Below are positions 51,501 to 64,000 of a stretch of 64,000 bases of DNA, piece by piece; position 1 is the stretch's first letter; each line of letters starts with the position of its first letter. The stretch comes from Antedon mediterranea. Taxonomy: Eukaryota > Animalia > Echinodermata. The stretch covers positions 22,399,365 to 22,463,364 of the forward strand of contig NC_092678.1 in NCBI RefSeq assembly GCF_964355755.1, given 5' to 3'. The translations under genes were made by a program, and so were the position numbers. Below the pieces are notes generated by a model. The model worked only from the letters and a program-made list of their open reading frames with translations. It made no database searches and was not told where the DNA came from.

Positions 51501-54500
51501 AAATGACATGAAACGCGTAGAAAGTTGATTAGAAATTGATTTTTCGCATTTTGAAATTTTAAACGCGCGTGCGCGCGTAACTTTTTGTAAAACATGCTAT
51601 TTTTAATCCATAGAAAGTTTGCGCATGATATGACTTAAATTTTCACCAAGTTTCAATACAAAATGACTTTTAGTTTTTATTCTATGATCAATCATTGAAA
51701 TTCACAAAATCGCGCGTAACTTACGCTGCGCGACTCGAAATTTGAAAATAAAAGTTTCTTGCACATCTACAGCTACATATCAATCTTATGAAAAAGTTAT
51801 ACAATCATATGTTGCCCAAAATTAGAGATATGCGACCAACAAAATTCGTGGAAAGAAAGAAGAAAATAGAAAAAAAAAGAGAAAAAAAAAAAGATCCTGA
51901 CAATAACAAGAGGTTATCCGCCAAGTGCGGATAACCAACTAGATTTGAACTCGTCACTACGTACGAGTTAGGTTATCCGCAGCGCAAAGGCCACGTGCAC
52001 GTCGTACGTTAAAATATTGCGCGCAGAAAAACGATTAAGTCATTGAAACAATTTCAGTGTGCTCTTTATTTTTCGTCACGTCTGAGTATATACGGTATAC
52101 ACTATATACTGTATACGTACTACATACAGTGCAGAATAGGTGAAAATAAGTGACCAAATTATTGATGCTTTTGAACATGATGACGTCATCACAATTTTGA
52201 AAATGTTGAATCGTGCGAAAGATAATTGATTGACCTAGACAATATAAGAAAATTGAGGGAAATGGAATACGGATAAGTGGAGATGCGCTCTATTAAATGT
52301 GACGAGCTATGACGAAAGAGAAAAAAATCCTATATTTTTTATTCGAGTGGCCATACGATGACGTCATAATATTCAGTTAGCCATATTAATGCAAGATTCG
52401 ATAAAGACAACTCATCTACTTCCAGAATATGTAATTTAAAAAATGTTCACCACGTAGTTTAGAATTTATGACTGTTTTAAGAAAGGCATAATTTTGACAA
52501 ATTTTTGAACTTTTTCATCAAAAACGCGTGCAAATTGTTCAATTCTACGTGCTCGTATGACGTGATTTTAAGTCGAAATTGATTGAAAATTTCTAAATTT
52601 ACTAGAAAAGGCTGAAAAAACAAAAATCAAGCAAAAAAAAGATGTTTCTGCGCTACGTGCGCACGCGCGCGTAAAAAATTTGCGCACGCGTGGGAATTTT
52701 TGAAATGCTCAAAATGACCTGAAACGCGTAGAAAGTTGATTAGAAATTGATTTTACGCATTTTGAAATTTTAAACGCGCGTGCGCGCGTAACTTTATGGA
52801 AAAGTGCGATTTTCAATCCATAGAAAGTTAGCGCATGATATAAACTACACTTTTGCCAAGTTTCAATTAAAATTGCTTTTTGGTTTTTGATATATGTTAA
52901 ATACGCAAAAATCACAAAAACGCGCGTAACTTACGCTGCGCAACTATAAAGTCAAAAAACGAAACGTCCTGCACATCTACAGCTACAGGTCAATCTTATG
53001 AAAAAGTTACACAATATTTTGTTTGCCGGAATTTGAGATACGCTGCCAACAAAATTCAGGGAAAGAAAGAAGAATAACATAGAAAAAAAAAAAAAAAAAA
53101 AAAAAAAAGATCCTGACAATAACAAGGGGTTATCCGCCAAGTGCGGATAACCAACTAGATTTGAACTCGTCACTTTGACGAGTTCGGGTTATCCGCGCAA
53201 ACGCAACATGCACATACGTTTAAAATATATGAACGCCGACAATTATTATGCCATCCTATGACATGAATTAAATATGTTTACAGTGCTGAATTGTACCTAT
53301 TTTGTAGCATACATCATATTACAGTATTTACAGAATACACTGTATATGTTATATACAGTGAAGCATAGACGGAATTACGAGACCCATCTTTTAAATCTAA
53401 TTATTAACACGATGACATCATCAAATTGACATATAAAAATAACAATTTTAGAAGATAATTATCTAATTAATTACATCAATACAAATTTGAAGAATTTTGG
53501 GCACGTAAAAGTGAGATGCGCTCTCGTTTAAACGCAATGAACTTTTACGCAAGAGGTGAAAATACGACTTTTTTTATTCAATTGGCCATATGATGACGTC
53601 ACAACATCTGATTGGCAAAATGTTCACATGATTTCGTATCTACAATCCAATAGCTTCCAGAAAACGTTTTAATCATGATTATCACTTTTTATTCAGACGA
53701 GCTATAACAGAGTAAAATTTACTGTAAAGATGAAAATAAGTGACCCACGTTATTTACATTTTTAGACATGATGACGTCATAACAATTAAAATATTTTTAT
53801 CTCATGCGAAAGATAATTGATTGACGTAGACAATAATAAAATCTCGGGGGAAATGGAATTCGTATGAGCGAGATGCGCTTTGTTGAATGTGATGAGCAAT
53901 AACGAAATAGACAAAAATCCTATATTTTATATTCGAGTGGCCATATGATGACGTCACAATGTCCGGTTAGCCATATTCATGCATGATTTGATATCTACAA
54001 CTCATCAACTTCCAGAATGTGTAATTTAAAAAAAGTTCACCACGTAGTTTATAATCTATGACTTTAAAAAAAAAAGCATAATTTTCACCAATTTTTTAAC
54101 TTTTTCATCAAAAACGCGCGCAAATTGTTCAATTCTACGTGCTCGTATGACGTGATTTTAAGTCGAAATTGATTGAAAATTGGTAAATTTACTAGAAAAG
54201 GGTGGAAAAATAAAAATCAAGCAAAAAAAAGATGTTTTTGCGCTACGTGCGCACGCGCGCGTAAGAAAAGTGCGCACGCGTGGGAATTTTTGAAATGCTC
54301 AAAATGACATGAAACGCGTAGAAAGTTGATTAGAAATTGATTTTTCGCATTTTGAAATTTTAAACGCGCGGCGCGCGTAATTTTCTGTAAAACATGCCAT
54401 TTTCTCTCCATAGAAAGTTAGCGCATAATATGACTTAAATTTTCACCAAGTTTCAATACAAAATGACATATAGTTTTTATTCTATGATCAATCATTGAAA

Positions 54501-55904
54501 TTCATAAAATCGCGCGTAACTTACGCTGCGCGACTCAAAATTCATAAAAAAAAAGTTTCTTGCACATCTACAGCTACAGGGCAATCTTTTTGACAAATTT
54601 ATACAATCATATGTTGGCCAGAATTAGAGATACGCTGCCAACAAAAAATGGGAGAGAAGTGTGTAAAGAAAGAAATAAATACTAGATTTGAACTCGTCAC
54701 TACGGACGAGTTAGGTTATCCGCAGCGCAAAAGCCACGTGCACGTCATACGTTGGAATATTGCGCGCAGAAAAACGATTATGCCATTGAAAAAAATGTTA
54801 GTGCGCTCTCTATTTTGCGTCACGTCAAAGTATATACGGTATACACTATATTCTGTATACGTACTACATACCGTGCAGAATAGGTGAAAATAAGGGACCC
54901 AAGTTATTGACGCTTTTGGACATGATGACGTCATCACCATTTTTAAAATGGTGAATCATTCGAATGATAATTGATTGGCCTAGACAATATAACAACATGG
55001 GGGAAATGGAATACGGATAAGTGGAGATGCGCTCTATTAAATGTGATGAGCTATGCGAAAAAGACAAAAATCCTATATTTTATATTCGAGTGGCCATATG
55101 ATGACGTCACAATGTCCGGTTAGCCATATCGATGCATGATTTGATATTTACAACTCATCTACTTTTAGAATCTGAAATTTTAAATATTTTCACCTCGGAG
55201 TTTAGAATCTATGACTTTTTAAAAAAAGGCATAATTTTCACAAATTTTTGAACTTTTTCATCAAAAACGCGCGCAAATTGTTCAATTCTACGTGCTCGTA
55301 TGACGTGATTTTAAGTCGAAATTGTTTGAAAGTTGGTAGATTTACTAGAAAAGGCTGAAAAAACAAAAATCAAGCAAAAAAAAGATGTTTTTGCGCTACG
55401 TGCGCACGCGCGCGTAAAAAATATGCGCACGCGTGGGAATTTTTGAAATGCTCAAAATGACCTGAAACGCGTAGAAAGTTGATTAGAAATGGATTTTTCG
55501 CAATTTGAAATTTTAAACGCGCGTGCGCGCGTAACTTTCTATAAAACATGCCATTTTCTCTCCATAGAAAGTTAGAGCATGATATGACTTAAATTTTTAC
55601 CAAGTTTCAATACAAAATTACTTTTAGTTTTTATTCTATGATCAATCATTGAAATTCATAAAATCGCACGTAACTTGCGCTGTGCGACTCTAAAGTCAAA
55701 AAACGAAACTTCCTGCACATCTACTGCTACAGGTCAATATTATGACAAAGTTACACAATCTTATGTTGGCCAGAATTAGAGATATGCGTGCAACAAAATT
55801 CGTGGAAAGAAAGAAGAAAATAGAAAAAAAAAGAGAAAAAAAAAAAGAAAAAAAAAAAAGATCCTGACAATAACAAGGGGTTATCCGCCAAGTGCGGATA
55901 ACCA

Positions 55905-58900
55905 ACTAGATTTGAACTCGTCACTACGGACGAGTTAGGTTATCCGCAGCGCAAAGGCCACGTGCACGTCATACGTTAGAATATTGCGCGCAGAAAAACG
56001 ATTAAGGCATTGAAACAATTTCAGTGTGCTCTCTATTTTTCGTCACGTCTGAGTGTATACGGTATACCCTATATACTGTATACGTACTACATACAGTCCA
56101 GAATAGGTGAAAATAAGTGACCAAAGTTATTGACGCTTTTGAACATGATGACGTCATCACAATTTTGAAAATGGTGAATCGTGCGAAAGATAATTGATAG
56201 ACCTAGACAACATAAACAAATGGGGGGAAATGGAATACAAATAAGTGGAGATGCGCTATATTAAATGTGACGAGCTACGAGGAAAGAGACAAAAATCCTA
56301 TATTTTATATTCGAGTGGCCATACGATGACGTCACAATGTCCGGTTAGCCATATTGATGCATGATTTGATATCTGCAACTCATCTACTTTCAGAATATGT
56401 AAAAAAAAATAAAATTCACCATGTAGTTTAGAATCTATGACTGTTCAAAAAAAGGTATAATTTTGACACATTTTTGAAATTTTTTTTAAAAAACGCGCAC
56501 AAATTGTTCAATTTTACGTGCTCGTATGACGTGATTTTAAGTCGAAATTGTTTGAAAGTTGGTAAAATTACTAGAGAAGGCTGAAAAAACAAAAATCAAG
56601 CAAAAAAAACATGTTTTTGCGTTACGTGCGCACGCGCGCGTAAAAATATTGCGCACGCGTGGGAATTTTTGAAATGCTCAAAATGACATGAAACGCGTAG
56701 AAAGTTGATTAGAAATGAATTTTGCGCATTTTGAAATTTTGAATGCGCGTGCGCGCGTAACTTTCTGTAAAACCTGCCATTTTTAATCCATAGAAAGTTT
56801 GCGCATGATATAAATTAAATTTTCACCAAGTTTCATTGGAAAATGACTTTTTGTTTTTAATCTATGTTCAATCATTGAAATTCATAAAATTGCGCGTAAC
56901 TTACGCTGCGCAACTCAAAAATCAAAAAACAAAGTTTCTTGCACATCTACAGATATAGGTCAATCTTATGACAAAGTTATACAATCTTATGTTTGCCAGA
57001 ATTAGAGATACGCTCCCAACAAAATTCGTGGAAAGAAAGAAGAACTAGACATGAAACTCGTCACTTTGACGAGTTAGTTATCCGCTCGACAAACGCCACG
57101 TGCACGTCATACGTTAGAATATTGCACACAGAAAAATATTAAGGCATTATGACCTGAACTGAAGAATATGATATGTTGTTATTTCTGAATTCTGTTATTT
57201 TGTGTCATATAGTATACACAGTACAATCTGTATACATATCACAAACAGTGTAAAATAGGTGAAATTACGGGACCCGTATTTTATTGTAATTTTTAACATC
57301 TTGACGGTTTCAAAATGAAATGCAAAAGTAGAAATTTCTGAATGAAATTATCTCAGCAACAACATATTAACGTATAGAAGAAATTTTAATACGTGAAATA
57401 TTGATGCACGCTCTTTTAAATGTAATGAAATATAATGCAAAAGATGAAAATACGACTTTTTTTATTTAACTGGCCATATGATGACGTCACAACATTCGAT
57501 TGCCACAATTTACACATGATTTTGTATCTACAATAAAATAGCTTCCTGAAAACGTTTTAATCGTGATTATCACATTTTATTCTTACGAGGTATAACAGAT
57601 TAAAATTTAATGTAAAGATAAAATTAATGACCAACGTAATTTAAATTTTTAGGCATGATGACGTTAAAAAAATTAAAAAAATTTTAATTCATGCAAAAGA
57701 TAGTTGATTGACCTAGAATATATTAAAATCGGGGTGAAAATAGACAACGAATAAGTGGAGATGCGCTCTATTAAATGTGATGAGCTATGACGAAAGAGAC
57801 AAAAATCCTATATTTTATATTGGCGTGGCCATACGATGACGTCACAATGTCCGGTTAGCCATATTAATGCATGATCCGATATTTACAACTCATCAACTTC
57901 CAGAATATGTAATTAAAAAAAAGTTCTCCATGTAGTTTAGAATCTATGACTGTTTAAAAATAGGCATAATTTTGACGAATTTTTGAACTTTTTCACCAAA
58001 AACGCGTGCAAATTATCTAATTCGACGTGCTCGTATGACGTAATTTTAAGTCGAAATTGTTTAAAATTTGGTAACATTACTAGAAAAGGCTGAAAAAACA
58101 TAAATCACGCGAAAAAAATATGTTTTTAACGCTACGTGTGCACCGCGTGCGTAAAAATTTTCGCGCGCGTGGGAATTTTTGACATGCTCAAAATGACATG
58201 AAACGCATAGAAAGTTGATTAGAAGTTGATCTTTCGTATTCTAAAATTTTAAACGCGCGTGCGCGCGTAACTTTTTGTGAAACATGCTATTTTTAATCCA
58301 TAGAAAGTTTGCGCTTGATATGACTTAAATTTGCACAAAGTGTCAAAACAAAATTATGTTTCGTTTTTAGTCTATGATCAATCATTGAAATTCATAAAAT
58401 CGCGCGTAAGTCACGTTGCGCAACTCTGACGTCATTCAAAAATAGGAGGTGCACAAGTTCACGTAAATGTCGTTATGTTGACAAAGTTACGATATGTTCT
58501 GTTTACACGTTTTAGAGAAACGCGACGCACAAAAATGACAGAAGGAAAGAAGAATAATACAGAAAAACTAGATTTGAACTCGTCACTTTGACGAGTTCGG
58601 GTTATCCGCGCAAACGCAACATGCACATACTTTAAACTATATGAATCTCGACAATTATTATGCCATCCTATGACATGAAATAAATATCTTTACAGTGCTG
58701 AATTGTACCTATTTTGCAGCATACATCATGTTACAGTATTTACAGAATACACTGTATATGTTATATACAGTGTAGCATAGACAAAATTACGAGACCCATC
58801 TTTTAAATCCAATTATTAACACAATGACGTCATCAAATTGACATATAAAGATAACAATTTTAAAAGATAATTATCTAAATAATTACATTAAAACAAATTT

Positions 58901-59935
58901 GAAGAATTTTGGGCACGTAAAAGTGAGATGCGCTCTATTTAATGTGATGAGCAATAACGAAAGAGTAAAAAATCCTATATTTTACATTCGTGTGGCCATA
59001 CGATGCCGTCATAACATCCGAGAGGTAAAGATTCTGCATGAATTCATATCTACAACATATCTGCTTACATATTAAATTAAAAAAATTGGGTGTCGTGGAT
59101 GATCCTGAGGAGCTATAATAGATTCAAAATTGGCATTATTTTGACAATATTTGTAACTTTTTCAACTAAAACGCGCGCAAATGGTCTAAATCAACGTGCT
59201 CGTATGAAGTCATTTTAATTTGAAATGATGTAAATCTTTTTTAAAATGACTAAGAAAGGCTGTAAAATCATAATTCAAGAAAAAAACACATGATTTTCAT
59301 GCTACGTGCGCACCTTACGCGTAATCTTTTTCGCGCGCGTGGGAATTTTTGACATGCTTAAAATGTCATGATCAGCGTAGAAAGTTGATTAGAAATTTAT
59401 TTTGCGCATTTTGAAACTTTAAATGCGCGTGTGCGCGTAACTTCTTGTAAAACATGCCATTTTTAATCCATAGAAAGTTTGACCTTGATATAACTTAAAT
59501 TTTCACTAAGTGTCAATTCAAAATGACTTTTATTTTTTATCCTATGATCAATCATTGAAATTCATAAAATCGCGCGTAAGTCACGTTGCGCAACTCTGAC
59601 GTCATTCAAAATATGGAGGTGCACAACTTCAGGTAAATGCCCATATAATGACAAAGTTATACAAAAGTTATATTCATAAGCTATAGGGGATATGCTGCTC
59701 ACAAAAATCAGGGAAAGAAAGAAGAACAAAGAAGATGATGATGAAAAAAAAAGATATTTACAATCACATGGGTTATCCTGCAACTAAGTTGCGGATAACC
59801 AAAAAAAAAAATATGATGAAACAGGACGATTACAAGGAGTTATCCGCTACTAAGCGGATAACTAATAAAGAAAAAAAAAAAAAAAAAAAAGATCCTGACA
59901 ATAACAAGAGGTTATCCGCCAAGTGCGGATAACCA
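55905..59935 (-). mobile_element. Three-level nest of different Helentron-like subfamilies
   Basis: Bodies start at 55905, 57044 and 58567; three different hairpin termini are stacked, ending at 59800, 59863 and 59935. Confidence 0.85.
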
Positions 59936-62028
59936 ACTAGATTTGAACTCGTCACTACGGACGAGTTAGGTTATCCGCCTCGCAAACGCCACGTGCACAT
60001 CATACGTTAGAATATTGCGCACAGAAAAACGATTATGCCAATGAAAAAATGTTAGTGCGCTCTCTATTTTGTGTCACGTCTAAATATATACGGTATAACA
60101 CTATATTCTGTATACGTACTACATACAGTTCAGAATAGGTGAAAATAAGTGACCAAAGTTAATGACGCTTTTGCACATGATGACGTCATAAACAATTTTA
60201 AAATGGTGAATCATGCGAAAGATAATTGATTGACCTAGACAATATAAAGAAATGGAGGGCAATGGAATACGAATAAGTGGAGATGCGCTCTATTAAATGT
60301 GATGAGCTAAGACGAAAGTGAAAAAAATCCTATATTTTATATTTGAGTGGCCATACGATGACGTCACAATGTCCGGTTAGCTATATTGATGCATGATTCG
60401 ATATCTACAACTCATCTCCTTCCAGAATCTGTAATTTTAAAAAAGTTCACCACGTAGTTTAGAATCTATGACATTTTAAAAAAAGGCATAATTTTCACGA
60501 ATTTTTGAACTTTTTCATCAAAAACGCGCGCAAATTTTTCAATTCTACGTGCTCGTATGACGTGATTTTAAGTCGAAATTGTTTGAAAGTTGGTAAATCT
60601 ACTAAAAAAAGACAGGAAAGACAAAAATCAAGCCAAAAAATGATGTTTTTGCGTTACGTGCGCACGCGCGCGTAGAAAAATTGCGCACGTGTGGTAATTT
60701 TTGAAATGCTCAAAATGACATGAAACGCGTAGAAAGTTGATTAGAAGTTGATTTTTCGCATTTTGAAATTTTAAACGCGCGTGCGCGCGTAACTTTCTCC
60801 GCAACATGCCATTTTTAATCCATAGAAAGTTTGCCCTTAATATGACTTAAATTTTCACCAAGTTTCAATACAAAATTACTTTTGGTTTTTAATCTACGAT
60901 CAATCATTGAAATTCATAAAATCGCGCGTAACTTACGCTGCGCAACTCAGACTGGACCGAAAACCTTATTACGACATCTTCAGATAGAGGTCAATCTTCT
61001 GATAAAGTTATACAATGTTATGTTAAGAAGATTTTGAGATACACGCGCAACAAAATTCTGGGAAAGAAAGAAGAAAAAAGAAAAAAAAGAAAAAAAATAA
61101 AAAAAAAAAAAAAAAGATCCTGACAATAACAAGGGGTTATCCGCCAAGTGCGGATAACCAATTAATAATTATTGTATCGTACATGTAAATAGACAGGCTG
61201 GTAAAATTCGAAAATGTAATTTTTCACACGTCTTGGATTTGCAATCTTATTTCAAAGGTGTTAGGATGACAAATCCACTGAGTTATACTTAGCTTTAGGC
61301 CTATAATGTACATTTTTTCAAAAAGGTTGTTTAAGATGTATACTATAGGTTCAGCCCGTGATATAGTAAAGATAAATATTTTGGCACATATGGCGTTTCA
61401 AACGTATAATATAATACTCGCATTATTGTATTTGTAGACAAGAATAAGACAATAACTACACAGTAGGGGCAAAGTCTATTTTTCAATAGATGTTTTTAAA
61501 AGATGTTAATGTCCCGAGATGCTCGGAAAACAAATTTCACATCAATTTTATGCGACAATAAATCATTTAAATCTTGAAAAGTGTCCGGTAAAATGTATAT
61601 CATTTCGAAGCTGGCAAAAATTCCTACAAATTTATTTTTAAATGGTATACATGTGGATTTGATTTTGCGAAAGGTCTGTAATATGTTCCCGACGACCAAA
61701 ACGTACTTTGAAGTGACACATAAACCAAAGACCAAAGCGGAATGTATTTCATTTCGTATGTCCTGTTTGCTTGTTCGAAGACAATCCGGTATGAGAACAG
61801 TTTGTTTTCTTGTTCATTGAGGTGTGGATCCCACTTCCATATTGTAAATAATTGGTGGAAATGTTAATATCTGGTGTTAATTTGTTACCGTCTGCTGGTT
61901 ACGACCGGAACTTGAAGACTGGTTTGTAGTGTGAAGTGGAATCATGATATTCACGGTTAGAAATTACAGCTAGAATTTTGAAATAGCTTTTAGTTTTTTT
62001 AAATACAGTTTTAACAACAAACGACAAA

Positions 62029-62159
62029 GTTCCCCCGTAATAAGAGTGTCCCGCCCGTAATATATAGAGTTCCCCCTGCAATATAGAGTGTCTCTCTCCC
62101 CCTGTAATATAGAGTGTCTCTCCCCTGTAATATAGAGTGTCTCTCCCCTGTAATATAGA
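62029..62159. repeat. ~22-bp tandem repeat, about 6 copies
   Basis: CCCCTGTAATATAGAGTGTCTCT-like units. Confidence 0.8.
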
Positions 62160-62252
62160 AGTTGGTCAAGTATAATATATGAGTGTGTTCCCCTGAATAA
62201 GGGTCACTCGCCGTGCCAAAGTAAAAACACAATATCTCCCTGCTCACAACCT

Positions 62253-62580
62253 TCAACCTCCACTCCATCAAGCAAGACCGTAGCTAGGGGTTCTTTTTTT
62301 CCACACAAAAAAATGGGAAAGTTCAAGCGTACGCAACTTTAAAAAAATAGATTTAGGCCTACCTAAGTTAGGTGAAAATAATTCTGCCATTTACTGCATC
62401 TTTTCTTTTTTAAATCGTCAACCTCCATCCCATCAGACAAGCCCGTAGCTAGGGGGTTATTTTTTTCCACAAAAAGGGGAAGTGCAAACGTAAGCAACTA
62501 AAGAAAAACTACCTAGGTAGATGAAAATAATTTATAGGCCTATTTATTCAATTACAGCATCTTTTCTTTTTAAAATTGTC
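62253..62580. repeat. Diverged tandem duplication of ~165 bp
   Basis: TCAACCTCCA..CCGTAGCTAGGGG..TTTTTTCCACA..GCATCTTTTCTTTTTTAAA occurs twice (62253-62417, 62418-62580). Confidence 0.8.
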
Positions 62581-63737
62581 TATAGCCATAGCGATATTAT
62601 AGTACACTATATTAATATCAATGGTTAGGCCTAGTCGCGTGATTTATCGTTGCTCTACATTCGTTATTACTGCAGGGATTTGATTTTATTTAGATAAATT
62701 TTATCTGATGACTTATGGGGGCACGGGCGTGACTTTTCATGTCTTCTTGTAATGAACCCTGTTATAGATATGTTCTTTCAATTAAATCACCTATCAAACA
62801 TGAATGTGATATCTCTCCGTAGCTCTAACTTGAATGGATTTGCCAATCGGCTTATCTAAATTTGTCATGAAATATAGTGATCAACTAGCGTATATTAAAT
62901 CAATGGTGATTTTATTTTTAGATGCCATTAGGGTAGAGATGAGAACAATCCTACATGGATATTGTCTTGATCAAGATAATAAAACAATGATTGAATTTTA
63001 AAACAGGTCTTTTAAGACCAACCACTTTTACTGGGGACTAGAGACCGGAAAAACTCGGTTCGATCAGAAATTCTTTAGACCCAAATGGACATAACATGGC
63101 GCCTAACGCATGACGTCATTCGAGCTGCGTAGAATACCGTAACTCGAACATTTTGCATACACTGTACTGTACGGTTTATAAGGTAAATTATGCTATTACG
63201 GTATGGTAACTGTGTATTAGGTCACTCAAATTACGACCGGCCCGAAGACCGATATGCATTGAAATTGATCTATTGAAAACCCCATCGTGTCCTACAATTT
63301 AATTCAGTAGAACGGACGAAAAAATTGTTTTAATTGATTATAATTTTCCAAAATCGAAATGTTCAGGTGTTTGACGCATTGTTGTGTTTGTATTCATAAA
63401 GTCAGTTATAAAAGATATCCAATTTCTCTATTAAACAAAGGCCGTAAATTCATACCTTAAATTCACTGATTACGTGCGTAAACTTAGAATACACCTGCGG
63501 AAATACAAGAGAATCCACCTGTGATAGGTCTAGACCCACTTTCTATAGTCTGTTCACACTATGGTGTTAAATTTCGTATACTGTAGGCCTCTCCGCATGC
63601 TATCATTGCATGTGGAGTACTTTTTTTTTCTGTCTTAAAAACCAAAATCTCGTCTAGACTCAACCTATAATTACAGATATACTAAACATTGTCTGCTAGT
63701 GCGGTTGAACGAAACGGATTCTCGTGACATATTAATA

Positions 63738-63869
63738 TGCTTTTTTTCTTACTTGCACCGTAACGGCGTAGTCATGACGCAAGTGAGTTGACCAATCACA
63801 GTTCGGTTGGCCCATTGCGTCGCCGTCGTGATTGGTCAAATTACTTCCGACGCGTAGTGGAAACAAGCT
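63738..63869. mobile_element. MITE family B, degenerate
   Basis: Internal inverted repeat TTGACCAATCAC..GTGATTGGTCAA as in 736-873; right end AGTGGAAACAAGCT. Confidence 0.6.
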
Positions 63870-64000
63870 TATGAAAGTGTATTGAATCTCGTTCGGTTTT
63901 AGCGTTACGAACATTGGACCATGGGTCGATTTTGATTCCCTTTCAATTGTCTGGCGACGCCCATGTCGAAAATTTCATGTCAAAACACTGCAATATCATA

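Larger units (their letters stand above)
29337..61160 (-). mobile_element. Head-to-tail array of 25 non-autonomous Helentron/DINE-1-like (HINE) rolling-circle elements, 1.1-1.6 kb each
   Basis: ACTAG boundaries on the plus strand at 29337, 30473, 31687, 32838, 33992, 35207, 36409, 37933, 39597, 40749, 41901, 43125, 44347, 45566, 46780, 47933, 49143, 50731, 51938, 53154, 54681, 55905, 57044, 58567, 59936. On the minus strand a full unit reads 5' hairpin GGTTATCCGC-ACTTG-GCGGATAACC, poly-T/TTTC microsatellite, core, subTIR GCGGATAACC, stem-loop AACTCGTC..GACGAGTT, terminal CTAGT. Insertion is at TT with no target duplication and no coding capacity is seen. This matches established Helentron/DINE-1 architecture. 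Confidence 0.88.

Noticed and set aside
30289-59932. Recurrent short ORFs in array units (MKFIKSRVTYAARL..., MTSSNLVGYPHLADN...)
   Set aside because: Mostly non-ATG starts, frames broken in most copies, and they run through poly-A tracts; no Rep/helicase motifs.
29337-61160. CRISPR array or bacterial integron interpretation of the recurring hairpin junctions
   Set aside because: Eukaryotic context; the intervening 1.1-1.6 kb segments are homologous to each other rather than unique spacers or gene cassettes; no cas or integrase gene. The termini fit Helentron/DINE-1 elements.

Overview
AT-rich animal (invertebrate-like) genomic DNA with spliceosomal genes, so the supplied ORF track is mostly uninformative. 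Reconstructed by hand: (1) RPL29 on the minus strand (3 coding exons, 58 aa, TCT/5'TOP-type first exon), head-to-head about 90 bp from (2) an 8-exon CENP-P gene on the plus strand (4522-18070, 334 aa), and (3) the first coding exon of an unidentified gene at 22978-23121. Two PIF/Harbinger-type MITE families (TWA target duplications) are scattered through the window. One copy inside CENP-P intron 5 has expanded its internal 21-bp unit into a ~5.4 kb minisatellite, which explains the giant repetitive ORFs. Half of the window (29337-61160) is a head-to-tail array of 25 non-autonomous Helentron/DINE-1-like rolling-circle elements from several subfamilies, all in one orientation. The array includes a self-nested near-identical pair, a three-level nest with stacked termini, co-varying terminal hairpins, mosaic units and a recurrent headless junction. 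This self-targeting cassette-like array is the most unusual system here.
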